Assembly: GCA_043732705.1 (NCBI GenBank)
Contig: JAYTHE010000032.1
Location: 2,005 to 66,004, forward strand
DNA from: Candidatus Omnitrophota bacterium
GTDB taxonomy: Bacteria > Omnitrophota > Omnitrophia > Omnitrophales > Aquincolibacteriaceae
DNA length: 64,000 bases
Direction: 5' to 3'
Positions 28,515 to 38,710 of this stretch are shown here, in pieces (position 1 is the first letter of the stretch; each line of letters starts with the position of its first letter). A program made the translations under genes and the position numbers. The notes under the pieces are model-generated. The model was not told the origin of the DNA, did not search any database, and saw only the letters and a list, made by a program, of their open reading frames with translations.

Positions 28515-30838
28515 AAATCATCATTCCAATGGCAGGGATGGGAAAACGTTTTCTTGCTGCAGGTTATGACATGCCAAAAACGCTGATTCCCATCGAAGGA
28601 AAGCCAGTCCTCGAACATGTCGTCCGCCGTTTCTCGCCGGACGATGACTTTGTTTTTGGAATTAATCAAGAACATGACCGGAAAACGCCCATACGTTCTG
28701 TTCTGCAGTCTGTCGCACCGCATGGAAAAATTATCGCTATGCCGTATGAAAAGGGCGGCCCGATCGCGACCGTGAATAATATGGTTTCGGAAATTCGGGA
28801 TGATGAGCCCGTGATTGTTAATTATTGCGATTTCTCCTGGATTTGGGATTATGAACATTTCAAAAAAACGATGCAAGCCACGGAATGTGACGGCGCGGTA
28901 ATTTGTTATCGCGGGTTCCATCCGCATCTTTTGGGGCCCAATCAATATGCCACGCTCGACGCGGACGGTCTTTGGATGAAGGCTATCCGCGAGAAACATT
29001 CCTGGCATGACAATAAAGAAAAAGATTGGACCAGCTCCGGAACGTATTATTTTAAAAAAGGCTGCTACGTCAAAAAATATTTTAAAGAAATTGAAAAGCA
29101 TCATGATTGGCGCATTAACGGCGAGCATTATGTCAGCCAAATTTATCAACTGATGAAAGAAGACGGCCTTAAAATTTTTATTTATGAAATTCCTTATATG
29201 CTGCAATGGGGAACACCGGAAGATATGGAGGAGTACTGTTATTGGGCGGCCTTTTTTGACCTAAAACGGAAATATGATTTTTCGGTTGATCCGAAGGATC
29301 AGAGAAAAAATATGCAAGTATTAATTCTGATGGCGGGGGCGGGAAAGCGTTTTGCGGATGCGGGGCATTTGTTTCCGAAACCTTATATTCCCGTGGACGG
29401 CGGAATTATGGTGGAAAAATCCGCTAAAAGCTTGCCGGGGGGAGATTCCATCCTTTTTGTCACGCGCGATGAATTGCGCAATCCAAAATTGGAAGAAAGG
29501 CTTCATCGTGAATTCGACTCGCCGCGCATTCTTAGTTTGAATCAAATGACTGAGGGGCAGGCGGCCACTGCGCTTTGCGCGAAAGCGCAGTTGAATCTTG
29601 AAAAGCCGCTTCTTATCGGTGCCTGTGACCATCAAATTTTTTATGATGAAAAATATTTTCAGAAACTGACCGCCGAAGGATCAGGCGTGGACGCGCTTAT
29701 CTTTACTTATCGCAATAATCCTAATGTGCGCCGCAACCCGCAGGCTTATGGCTGGGTGGCGGGCGATGCCGCAGGACAGGCTCATTCGGTTTCGGTTAAA
29801 AAAGCTTTGCCGGGAAATCCCATGAAAAACCACGCGATTATCGGTTCATTTTGGTTTCGCAAAGCGCGTTACTTTACGGAGCATACTGAACGTATGATTC
29901 AAGAGAACTGCCGGATTCATAATGAATTTTACATTGATCAAGCGATGAACTATTTGATTCAAGCCGGTTTTAAAGTACATGTTTTTGAAGTCGATGCTTA
30001 TGCATCATGGGGAACACCGGAGGATTTACAGACGTATGAATATTGGCAGCGGTACCATCATATTTCTGCCGCCGACCTTCCGACTCAACCGGCGATGGAT
30101 AAAAAAATATCAATCGTGATTCCGGCTTACAACGAGGCAAAAAACTTACCCGGTTTATTGCAGCGCATTCACGCCTGCGTCAAAAAAAATAGTGTTCAAC
30201 AAAACTCAGAATGGATTTTAGTGGATAACGGGTCCACGGACGAAACTTGGAAGATATTGCAGGAAGCCGCGCAAAAAACGGCTTATATTAAGCCTTTGCG
30301 GATTGAGGTGAATTCAGGCTACGGAAATGGCATTTTAAAGGGTTTAAAGCGGGGAATGGGGCAGGTTTTAGCTTGGACCCATGCGGACTGCCAAACGGAC
30401 CCAGAAGACGTTCTAAGAGCTTTAAATGCCTATACAAGCGAGTCTCAAACAGGCTCAAAAGTGTTGGTTAAAGGACAGCGTCAAAAGCGGTCTTGGATCG
30501 ATTGTTTTTTTTCATTCGGCATGCAAACTTGGGCAAGCTGGGTATTGCGCATCAAACTGCATGAGATCAATGCTCAGCCCAAAGTTTTCCCGCGCGCGTT
30601 ATTGAACGAAATGCAAAACGCACCGCATGACTTTTCACTCGATCTTTATCTCCTCTATCTGGCGCAAAAAAAAGGTTATCGTATCCATGAAATTCCGGTT
30701 GAATTTAAAGTGCGTGTGCATGGCGAAGCAAAGGGTGGCGGGGGAAGCATAAAAAATCGCTGGAAATTGATTCAGCGCACTTTTAAATATATTATGGAAC
30801 TTAATCGCCGGTTGAACGCAAGTTCAGAGGCAAAATAA
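28499..30838 (+). CDS. tri-domain protein: two sugar-phosphate nucleotidyltransferase-like domains plus a C-terminal GT2 (DPM1-like) domain
   Basis: MKIIIPMAGMGKRF...PKTLIPIEGKPVLEHV and MQVLILMAGAGKRF...PKPYIPVDGG (NTP-transferase G-loops); KKISIVIPAYNE...LVDNGSTDET...HADCQTDP (GT2). Confidence 0.7.
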   Translation: MGKIMKIIIPMAGMGKRFLAAGYDMPKTLIPIEGKPVLEHVVRRFSPDDDFVFGINQEHDRKTPIRSVLQSVAPHGKIIAMPYEKGGPIATVNNMVSEIRDDEPVIVNYCDFSWIWDYEHFKKTMQATECDGAVICYRGFHPHLLGPNQYATLDADGLWMKAIREKHSWHDNKEKDWTSSGTYYFKKGCYVKKYFKEIEKHHDWRINGEHYVSQIYQLMKEDGLKIFIYEIPYMLQWGTPEDMEEYCYWAAFFDLKRKYDFSVDPKDQRKNMQVLILMAGAGKRFADAGHLFPKPYIPVDGGIMVEKSAKSLPGGDSILFVTRDELRNPKLEERLHREFDSPRILSLNQMTEGQAATALCAKAQLNLEKPLLIGACDHQIFYDEKYFQKLTAEGSGVDALIFTYRNNPNVRRNPQAYGWVAGDAAGQAHSVSVKKALPGNPMKNHAIIGSFWFRKARYFTEHTERMIQENCRIHNEFYIDQAMNYLIQAGFKVHVFEVDAYASWGTPEDLQTYEYWQRYHHISAADLPTQPAMDKKISIVIPAYNEAKNLPGLLQRIHACVKKNSVQQNSEWILVDNGSTDETWKILQEAAQKTAYIKPLRIEVNSGYGNGILKGLKRGMGQVLAWTHADCQTDPEDVLRALNAYTSESQTGSKVLVKGQRQKRSWIDCFFSFGMQTWASWVLRIKLHEINAQPKVFPRALLNEMQNAPHDFSLDLYLLYLAQKKGYRIHEIPVEFKVRVHGEAKGGGGSIKNRWKLIQRTFKYIMELNRRLNASSEAK

Positions 30839-30912
30839 AAACGCCGCAGGTTGAGCGCAAGCTCAGGGACAAAAATGAAAGCACAACTGATTGGGCGTAG
30901 CCCAGAGGAAAA

Positions 30913-31506
30913 ATGAAGCTGATCCGCCACCGTATCAATACCGTTCAGGATTTAAAAACTGTTTCCCATGAAATGGGAGTTGAGCTGGATTTGCGCGAAG
31001 GCTGCGATGGTCAAAACAGTGGAAAAATTATTTTGCAGCATGACCCGTTTAAGGAGGGTGAGAGTTTCGAAGACTATTTAAAGCAATACCGGCATGGACT
31101 CATGATTCTCAATATCAAAACCGAAGGCATTGAAAGCGCGGTTTTGGAATTAGTTAAAAAGTATAAGGTAAAAGATTATTTTTTTCTTGATGTGGCATTT
31201 CCCGCAATGATGAAATTGGTTTTAAAAGGGGAGAAGCAAATCGCAGTTCGGTTTTCTGAGCATGAGCCGGTAGAACAATGCCTGGCTTTGCGCGGGCTTG
31301 TGGATTGGGTTTGGGCGGATTGTTTTACACGCTTGCCTTTCACGCCTGAAAGCTATACTGCGTTAAAAGGAAGTTTTAAAATTTGCTTGGTCTCACCTGA
31401 GCTGCAGAATCATCCCAAAGAACGGATTTTGGAATTTAAAAATGAACTCAAGCGATATCCCATCGATGCGGTTTGCACAAAATATCCGGAATTATGGCAG
31501 TCTTAA
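30913..31506 (+). CDS. small phosphodiesterase-like protein (GDPD-like pattern)
   Basis: HRINT...GVELDLREG...ILQHD resembles the GDPD HR/E-D/HD pattern. Confidence 0.3.
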   Translation: MKLIRHRINTVQDLKTVSHEMGVELDLREGCDGQNSGKIILQHDPFKEGESFEDYLKQYRHGLMILNIKTEGIESAVLELVKKYKVKDYFFLDVAFPAMMKLVLKGEKQIAVRFSEHEPVEQCLALRGLVDWVWADCFTRLPFTPESYTALKGSFKICLVSPELQNHPKERILEFKNELKRYPIDAVCTKYPELWQS

Positions 31507-32126
31507 CGGATTTGAAGCGGGTCATCGTGGATAAGAAAGCGGTTTTGCTGGATTTGGATAACACCCTTTATGCTTATGACCCTTGTCACGCCTACGCGTT
31601 TAAAATGGTTTATCGTTTTTTTTGTCAACATGTCCAAAAAATAACTCTTACAGATTTTCAAAAAGAATACAGTTTTGCGCAAAAAAAGATTCACAGAAAA
31701 TTTAAAGGGACGGCTTTTTCACATTCGCGTTTGCATTATTTCGAAATGATATTAAGAAAATACAGTTCCGGCTTTCCCGCGTTGAAACTCGAAAAATTTT
31801 ACTGGAATGCTTTTTTCGAGAAAATGAAACTCGCGCCCTGGGTTTTTCCGTTCCTTGCTTTTTGTAAAAAGGAAAAAAAGAAGGTTGTGATTGTGACGAA
31901 TTTAACAACCGCGCTTCAGAAACGAAAAATTAAATTTTTAAATCTAACTTCAAAAGTGGATGCGATGGTGACTTCCGAAGATGCCGGAATTGAAAAACCC
32001 GATCCAAGAATCTTCCGCCGCGCGCTCAAAAAACTGCACGCCAAGCCCTTTGAAGCAATTACAATTGGTGATGATATGAAGTCGGATCGCGTGCCCTTTT
32101 TAGATTTCTTTTTAGTGAAGGGATAA
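31473..32126 (+). CDS. HAD-superfamily hydrolase (phosphatase)
   Basis: Motif I LLDLDNTLY; motif IV GDDMKSD. Confidence 0.65.
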   Translation: MHKISGIMAVLTDLKRVIVDKKAVLLDLDNTLYAYDPCHAYAFKMVYRFFCQHVQKITLTDFQKEYSFAQKKIHRKFKGTAFSHSRLHYFEMILRKYSSGFPALKLEKFYWNAFFEKMKLAPWVFPFLAFCKKEKKKVVIVTNLTTALQKRKIKFLNLTSKVDAMVTSEDAGIEKPDPRIFRRALKKLHAKPFEAITIGDDMKSDRVPFLDFFLVKG

Positions 32127-32131
32127 AGCAA

Positions 32132-33631
32132 TTGGTTGAGTTTCTGTTAAATAAAATAAAAGCCGAGAATGTCAAAAAACTCTCTCTGCGGGATTTATTT
32201 GAGCGATATTATTTTGCCTGCATTTTGTCTTTGATTCTCTGCTTTTTGTGGTGGGTGGGTTCGAATTTATATCATAATTTTTACTTTCACTCGGATGGTT
32301 TTCATTATTACTATGCGATTAGAAACTTTTTGAATGGGCATGGCCTCTATGAAGGGCCTACTTTCGAATATCTTCTTGGCGTTCACTCCTACCTGACATT
32401 TTGTCTGCTGATACCGATTTTTAAAATTTTTCCTACGCCGTTAATTTTGCTAGGGCTGACCCCGCTTTTACATTTATTTTCAGCTTATTTAATTTATCGA
32501 GTGATGAAAGAATTGACGGGTATCTCAAATATTTTTGTAAGAAGTGCTGCCGGGATTTTATATTTACTTTATCCGGTTATTTTTGGCCAGATTTTGGGAA
32601 AAAATTTTTTATTTGAGCCAGATTATTTTTTGCCACCGCTTTCTTTGCTGCTGGTTCTTGCCTGTTTACGCCGCAGTAAAAGGGCGCTTTGCTGGCTGAC
32701 TGTCTTGATAGTTGGCACAAAAGAGGAATATATACCGCTTTTTCCTTTGCTCTTATTCTGGTCACTTTGGCTGTGTCGATTTGCTTCGGGAAATCAAAAA
32801 AGATTGGCTTGGAAGGATCTGTGCGTGGTTATTCCTTATTATGTGATTACAAGTGCGATTGCGCTGGTGGTTTTGTTTTACTTTAAGAATCTAAATTCCA
32901 CCAGCCAAGTTGTTGTAGCGTTTGATATTCGGGCTATTCTTTCTTCCATGGGGCAGGCGCTTTGGTTGCTATTCACAGTGTTAGCCCTCTATCCGCTTGC
33001 GCCGCTAATCTTTGTCGTATTTTGCTTTTGCCGTGACTCAATTAAAGCGGCATTGCTTTTTTGCATTTTAGTATTTGTAGTTGGACGCTTTGGCGCGAGT
33101 TTATTTATTTATGGTTCTCTTGATTTAGAACACTGGACAAATATCGTGTTTCCGGTTCAGTTACTGCTTGTCCTTATTGTGGGTGTTGGCGAGCTGTGGA
33201 AACGGAAAAAAGCATATCTCTATTGTCTTTTATTTGCTGCCGTCATAGGTTCCGTAGGCTTATGTTTGCTGGTTGATAAACAGTCTTCAGCCTGGAAACA
33301 GTTTAAACAGATACTTCAGTCGACGGAGAAAAACCCTGAGAATCAGGAGATTTTAGAAATAGCAAAAATAATTCCCAGCCCCGGAAAGAAGAGCGAATAC
33401 TATTTGACATCAGGATATTACATTTATCCTTTCGTTAAGCGCAGTCATATGTCCTTTGAGTGGTGGAATAATAAATATAAGGATCCTGTGCTTCAAGAAA
33501 AAATCTTAAATGGTGCTCGGTTTGTCGTTGTTAAAAAGACTGATGAATGGCTGCGTTTGACGCAATTTCCTATGCCGGGTTTTCGAGCAATAAAGAATAC
33601 CGAGCATTTTATTCTTCTTTGGCGGGATTAA
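32132..33631 (+). CDS. polytopic membrane protein (putative GT-C-fold)
   Basis: 499 aa with more than 10 transmembrane helices; TTG start. Confidence 0.45.
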   Translation: MVEFLLNKIKAENVKKLSLRDLFERYYFACILSLILCFLWWVGSNLYHNFYFHSDGFHYYYAIRNFLNGHGLYEGPTFEYLLGVHSYLTFCLLIPIFKIFPTPLILLGLTPLLHLFSAYLIYRVMKELTGISNIFVRSAAGILYLLYPVIFGQILGKNFLFEPDYFLPPLSLLLVLACLRRSKRALCWLTVLIVGTKEEYIPLFPLLLFWSLWLCRFASGNQKRLAWKDLCVVIPYYVITSAIALVVLFYFKNLNSTSQVVVAFDIRAILSSMGQALWLLFTVLALYPLAPLIFVVFCFCRDSIKAALLFCILVFVVGRFGASLFIYGSLDLEHWTNIVFPVQLLLVLIVGVGELWKRKKAYLYCLLFAAVIGSVGLCLLVDKQSSAWKQFKQILQSTEKNPENQEILEIAKIIPSPGKKSEYYLTSGYYIYPFVKRSHMSFEWWNNKYKDPVLQEKILNGARFVVVKKTDEWLRLTQFPMPGFRAIKNTEHFILLWRD

Positions 33632-33634
33632 ACT

Positions 33635-35329
33635 TTAGCGCTTAGTGAGAACGTAGAAATAAAAACTGTTGGTGCCGTTGCGCGTTCGTTGGCTTGGGTC
33701 AATTTCAATGTCTGAATCTTTTTCCTCTCGATAAATCATCTTATAGTCTTCCGGATTTCCAAAAGCCATAAAATAGGGTTGATGACGCAGCATTAAAAGT
33801 ACTTTAGTTTTATATTTCCATAAATTGAAAATCTCCGGCGTCAGTTTGTCGCGATGACCGATGAATGCAATTGTTTTAAACGGTGGGGAAGTGTGCGGCG
33901 AATAATTCGATTCGGGTGTTTCATTTTCGAAATAATTTACAGTTTTCAAAACCGACGGCATGATAGCCGGGTTTTGTGTGAAGCTAGTTGTGAATAGCGC
34001 GTCCGTTTGAAAATGTTGAAGGACACTGCAGATTTTCTCTTCATTGAAAGGGTCTTTTCTTTCCTGAACGCGCTGCGGGAAAAAATAAAAAAAGCCTACA
34101 ATGATTAGCCCGAGTAAGGGAATAGTTGCAAACCGCTGGCCCAACTCTTTGCCGGTCTTATGAAGCCGGTCCAATATTAAAATCCAGCCTTCCGCACAAA
34201 GAAAAACCATATAGGGCAGGGCAATTAAACTATGCCGCGTCGGGCTGAGCGTGAGTTTGCTTTTTAAAATTAAATAAGCCCATGCCGCCGCAATCAGCAT
34301 AAAGAATAATCCGATTGTCTGTTTTCGCTGAATATTGGAACGAGCAAGCCTGATTAGCCCCAGGATAAATAAAATAAAAATTATAAAGCGAGTGAATTTA
34401 AAAAGAGGTTTCTCCTCCGGAAGAAATGCCGTTATGCTGCCCAAAACAATATAGAAATTTTTAAGAAAAAACCAAAGGGTTTGGGCGAATCGTGTAATAA
34501 GCGGGGTCGCCTGATTAATAATTAGCTGGAATTCATTATTCGGCCCGGCATTCCAGTGAATTCCGGAAGTAAGCCATTGGCGTTTGAGAAAGGTTAAATA
34601 CATCGGATAAACAAGTTCAGCGAATAGCAATCCCGGAAGAACCAAATTGATCAAAGCGCGCTTTTTATTTTGACCGCCGGACCAGTCATGCCAAAAAACA
34701 GATAAAAAATATGCGGGAGCGAAAAATAAAATCTCATACTGGCTGTGGCTCAATAGCACGACAACGAGAGATCCAATAAGACGCGAAAGAAATGAATTGT
34801 TTCCGGGCCGGATTTGCTCCCATAAAAGCAAAAGCAGTGCTACGGCTGAAAAAACGCCGATTGAATAGCTTTCCATTTGTTTAGCGTAAATAATATTTTC
34901 CCAGGAAAATACGGTTAATACGAGAGCGATTGATACGGCGGGAGTTTGCAGGCCGTCATAGCGCTTATAAAAGTAAATCAACATAAAAAAAGTGAAAACA
35001 CCGAAGATAAAAGATGGGAAGCGTCCCCAAAAAAGAATTTGGCGGTAATTTTGCCCCGAATGCAAAAGCGGAGTCGTAAAAAAGAATTGCAAAGGGGCAT
35101 ATGTCCAATGACGCGGAACAGCAGTATATTGCTGCCAATAAAAGTCACAGAGTTGAATAAGGGTTGCCTGAAGCGGAGGTTTGATTTCTTTCGCGGTCAA
35201 TATTGTTTTTGCGACGCCCAGATCATCAATATGCGAAAAGTGTGTGCCAAGATCAATCAAGCGGACAAAAGTGCCGGCAATAATTAAAAATGTTAAAAAC
35301 AGAAAACGAATTTGAAGTTGCTTATTCAT
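33635..35329 (-). CDS. polytopic membrane protein (ArnT/PMT-like GT-C candidate)
   Basis: 564 aa; first loop HIDDLG; many transmembrane helices. Confidence 0.5.
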   Translation of the reverse strand: MNKQLQIRFLFLTFLIIAGTFVRLIDLGTHFSHIDDLGVAKTILTAKEIKPPLQATLIQLCDFYWQQYTAVPRHWTYAPLQFFFTTPLLHSGQNYRQILFWGRFPSFIFGVFTFFMLIYFYKRYDGLQTPAVSIALVLTVFSWENIIYAKQMESYSIGVFSAVALLLLLWEQIRPGNNSFLSRLIGSLVVVLLSHSQYEILFFAPAYFLSVFWHDWSGGQNKKRALINLVLPGLLFAELVYPMYLTFLKRQWLTSGIHWNAGPNNEFQLIINQATPLITRFAQTLWFFLKNFYIVLGSITAFLPEEKPLFKFTRFIIFILFILGLIRLARSNIQRKQTIGLFFMLIAAAWAYLILKSKLTLSPTRHSLIALPYMVFLCAEGWILILDRLHKTGKELGQRFATIPLLGLIIVGFFYFFPQRVQERKDPFNEEKICSVLQHFQTDALFTTSFTQNPAIMPSVLKTVNYFENETPESNYSPHTSPPFKTIAFIGHRDKLTPEIFNLWKYKTKVLLMLRHQPYFMAFGNPEDYKMIYREEKDSDIEIDPSQRTRNGTNSFYFYVLTKR

Positions 35330-35486
35330 TTGTAGCGATTATGCCCTTTTGGTATAAAATGGCAACTGAGTAATTTATCTCATTGAAATTAGCCCGCACC
35401 GACTTGAATGTTTATATGATGACAAAAACAAAAGGTGATTTATTTTATTAAAGGGGCCATTTTTTCCGGCGCATACAGAAAACAGG

Positions 35487-36242
35487 ATGAAAAGCGAGGG
35501 AGACATTGCTGCGGCTCGCGATGTATTTTTCGACAAGCGCCCCACTAATCTCCGCTTTTTGTTGCATAAAAGATTTTCTTGGATGAATGAATATTGCGAT
35601 GGAAAGGAATCCATCTTAGAGGTTGGTGCGGGAGCGGCTTTCACAAAAGAATATATAAAAAATCCTTTTTTTAAAACCACAGACTACATCAAGCAGCCTT
35701 GGATTGATTTAGAAGTCGATGCTCTTCAAACAGATTTTCCGGATCAATCAATTGATGTCATTATTAGTACGCATATGATCCATCATTTGGCTAAACCGGG
35801 TGTTTTTTTTAGAGAAATGCGGCGAATTTTAAAACCCGGCGGCCTTTTACTGATTCAAGAGATCGAGACAAGGTTATTACTGAGGATATTATTGCGTCTC
35901 ATGCGTCATGAAGGCTGGTCTTATGAAATTGACGTATTTGACGAACGCTCTGTTTGTAACGATCCGAATGACCCATGGTCGGCAAACTGCGCCATTCCGC
36001 AGCTTTTATTTTCCGATTCTCAGAAGTTTGAGAAAAATATTCCGAGTTTTAAAATTTTGCGTAATGAACTTTGTGAATGCTTCATTTTCCCTTTATCGGG
36101 AGGCGTCATTGCGAAATCTAAGATGATTAATCTGCCATGGAAACTGCTAGAGTTGATAGATAAGCTGGATACTTTTTTAGTTTGGCTTTGTCCTTCTATT
36201 TTTGCGATGGGGCGCAGAGTTGTTTTAGAAAGGCGGGGTTGA
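35487..36242 (+). CDS. class I SAM-dependent methyltransferase
   Basis: ILEVGAGAAF (motif I); LKPGGLLLIQE. Confidence 0.7.
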   Translation: MKSEGDIAAARDVFFDKRPTNLRFLLHKRFSWMNEYCDGKESILEVGAGAAFTKEYIKNPFFKTTDYIKQPWIDLEVDALQTDFPDQSIDVIISTHMIHHLAKPGVFFREMRRILKPGGLLLIQEIETRLLLRILLRLMRHEGWSYEIDVFDERSVCNDPNDPWSANCAIPQLLFSDSQKFEKNIPSFKILRNELCECFIFPLSGGVIAKSKMINLPWKLLELIDKLDTFLVWLCPSIFAMGRRVVLERRG

Positions 36243-36244
36243 GT

Positions 36245-37936
36245 TTAGTTTTTTGTTTCCGCGCTTTTTTCTATTACCGCGCAAAGCGGCGCTTGATCAG
36301 CGTTAACTGTATAAACCGCTTGCGGGCCGGGCCATTGATTATTCAATAATAGATGAGGATCCCGGCTGCGGGAAAACTCAAGGCTGTATTGCCACTCATT
36401 TTTACCCTGAATGAAGGGAATATACCGCCGCCCCAAACCTTTGACTAAAAAAGGTACCGCGGAAATAGGTTCGCCGTCCGAGCGAATGATTAAAGGCGCG
36501 GCCTGATTTTGTGAGCGGGCATGGTTCACTAAGGCCTCAGACGCGCGGCGCAGGCAGTTGCCCCAGTAGTCGGTTTCGTAACGGCCATAAGCTCCCCGCA
36601 GGCCGCCGACCAAAGGGTTAAAATAAACGTATTCGTTGGGATGGTTTTGAATCATCCAGCCTAGCGGTTCCCACAAAAAAAGAATTAAAAAAAACGCAAC
36701 CGCGCTTTTCTTGAAAACAGTTTGAGCTAAATCGAAAAGAGTATTCCAGGCAAGCGCCGCCAGAATAATCATGGCCGGATAAATAAAAAGAAAGTGCCGC
36801 CAACTATCATAAACCACTGATTTGCGTAGAATGGCATAACCCAGCGGGAATAGTGCGCAGAAAATGAGGAAGCTCAGTATGGTCTTGCTGTATTTTGAAA
36901 ATAAATTTTTAGCGATGCCGGCAAATAAAAAAAGAGAAAATATAAAAAAAAGCGGACTGGAAATCAAAATCCATTTGGGCAAATAGTACCAAGGAGTTTC
37001 GCCATGCTTATAGATCAAACCTTCAAAAAGCAATTGGCCTTGCGCTCCGCCAAATTGCGAAAAAGCGCCCAAGGCTTGAAGCGGGTGAGTCAGCGGGTTT
37101 AAAAGGCCAAAGGGCCAGAAAATAAGCCCTCCTAAATATCCGCAAAGTGAAATCGGAAGCAGAATTTGAATCAGGCGCATCAAAGAAAATGCATTCGATT
37201 TTTGTTTTTTAGCTTGAAGCCAAATCAAACCGGTAAAAAGCCCGAGATAGCAGAAAAAAAGCAATCCGCCGGCTTTGATGTTGAGCGCCATTGCAATTCC
37301 GAGCGCGGTACCCGCAAGTGTTTTCCAGGTTGGGGCGGGGATTTCCTCGATGAGGCAAATCATAAAATAGGTAAAGATCGCGGCGGCCGTCGCGAAAGGA
37401 ATATCTTTAGGGTTGTTCATGGAATTTCCAAAGAAGCGCGGCGAGAGAATCAGAAATACAAGCGTAAACGTTCCGGCGCGCCATCCGCTTATTTTACGCG
37501 AGGTCAGTCCCGTGAAAAGAATGGCCGTAAATCCGAAAAGAGCATTCACGACGTGGCGCGTGTCATGCCAATGCGGCGCAATGAAATCAGTCTGCAGTGA
37601 ATAGTTAGCGACATTTTTAACACTGTCAAAGAGCGTGCCGTAAATGGCAGCGGTGATTGTGTCAAAGAGGCCGCCGTACAAATACATCGTTTCGCCGAAT
37701 TTTAGTGCGCTTTGATCATGCCCCCAGCTGAGAAGAAATTTAAGTACGAGTTTGCCATATTGGCTTTGAATCCATTCATCCCAAATGATCCCGTAACCGA
37801 GACTAAGGATGGGTATCCCAACTGCCGCGGCGAGAGTAATTGTCCAGAAAGCAGTTTTCCACGAGCACAGATCAAAAAGAGAAAAGCCCGGCTTCTCGGC
37901 TGCGGGAGCGGCAAGTTTATGGGAATTTTTCGGCAT
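36245..37936 (-). CDS. GT-C glycosyltransferase (GT39/GT83 ArnT/PMT-like)
   Basis: 563 aa polytopic; DE motif in the first loop (GIIWDEWIQSQYG). Confidence 0.55.
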   Translation of the reverse strand: MPKNSHKLAAPAAEKPGFSLFDLCSWKTAFWTITLAAAVGIPILSLGYGIIWDEWIQSQYGKLVLKFLLSWGHDQSALKFGETMYLYGGLFDTITAAIYGTLFDSVKNVANYSLQTDFIAPHWHDTRHVVNALFGFTAILFTGLTSRKISGWRAGTFTLVFLILSPRFFGNSMNNPKDIPFATAAAIFTYFMICLIEEIPAPTWKTLAGTALGIAMALNIKAGGLLFFCYLGLFTGLIWLQAKKQKSNAFSLMRLIQILLPISLCGYLGGLIFWPFGLLNPLTHPLQALGAFSQFGGAQGQLLFEGLIYKHGETPWYYLPKWILISSPLFFIFSLFLFAGIAKNLFSKYSKTILSFLIFCALFPLGYAILRKSVVYDSWRHFLFIYPAMIILAALAWNTLFDLAQTVFKKSAVAFFLILFLWEPLGWMIQNHPNEYVYFNPLVGGLRGAYGRYETDYWGNCLRRASEALVNHARSQNQAAPLIIRSDGEPISAVPFLVKGLGRRYIPFIQGKNEWQYSLEFSRSRDPHLLLNNQWPGPQAVYTVNADQAPLCAVIEKSAETKN

Positions 37937-38014
37937 GTGTTTTATTATAGCGATAGTTGCGTTAAATCAAAAAGGTGTTTTAAGATTATTTGCTGAAAAG
38001 CCGATAATGCATTC

Positions 38015-38710
38015 ATGCAAAAAATATCGATTATTATCCCTGCGTACAATGAAGCTCCGACTATTCGTCAGCTGGTTGAAAGAATTTTAGCCGTTGATTT
38101 TAAAATCGCTTACGAAATTATCATCGTGGATGATCACAGCGAAGACCGCACCCCCGAAATTGCCCGCGCCTTGGGCAGCGAATCGGCCGGCAAAGTTAAA
38201 ATTCTGCGCAATGAAGTCAATCAGGGAAAAGGATATTCGATCCAACGCGGCTTTACGCAGGCGACAGGCGACATTGTTATCGTTCAGGATGCGGACTTTG
38301 AATATAACCCGCAGGAAATTCCGAAACTGCTTCAACCTTTGCTGGACGGTCAAGCGCAAGTCGTTTACGGCAGCCGCTTTTTAAAGGGCGACCGTCCGGA
38401 TGGAATGGCGTTCCCAAACTATGTCGCGAATAAATTCCTGACTTGGCTTACCAATGCGCTTTATGGCTGCAAGTTGACAGATATGGAAACCTGTTACAAA
38501 CTTGTGAAGCGGGATATTCTCGAGAGTTTAAATTTAACCGCCCGCCGGTTTGATTTTGAACCCGAAATTAGTTCGAAACTGACGCTTAAAGGGATCGCCA
38601 TTATGGAGCTTCCGATTACTTATCATGGACGTACCGCCGCGCAAGGCAAAAAAATCAAGGCGCGTGATTTTTTTATGGCGATTGAAGTCCTTTTCAAAAA
38701 CCGCCGATGA
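38015..38710 (+). CDS. GT2 polyprenyl-phosphate sugar synthase (DPM1-like)
   Basis: ISIIIPAYNE...IIVDDHSEDRT...VQDADFEY. Confidence 0.8.
   Translation: MQKISIIIPAYNEAPTIRQLVERILAVDFKIAYEIIIVDDHSEDRTPEIARALGSESAGKVKILRNEVNQGKGYSIQRGFTQATGDIVIVQDADFEYNPQEIPKLLQPLLDGQAQVVYGSRFLKGDRPDGMAFPNYVANKFLTWLTNALYGCKLTDMETCYKLVKRDILESLNLTARRFDFEPEISSKLTLKGIAIMELPITYHGRTAAQGKKIKARDFFMAIEVLFKNRR

Noticed and set aside
28412-29206. 264-aa minus-strand ORF
   Set aside because: Lies entirely antisense within the well-supported nucleotidyltransferase-GT2 gene (28499..30838) and has no recognisable motifs; judged a spurious overlapping ORF.
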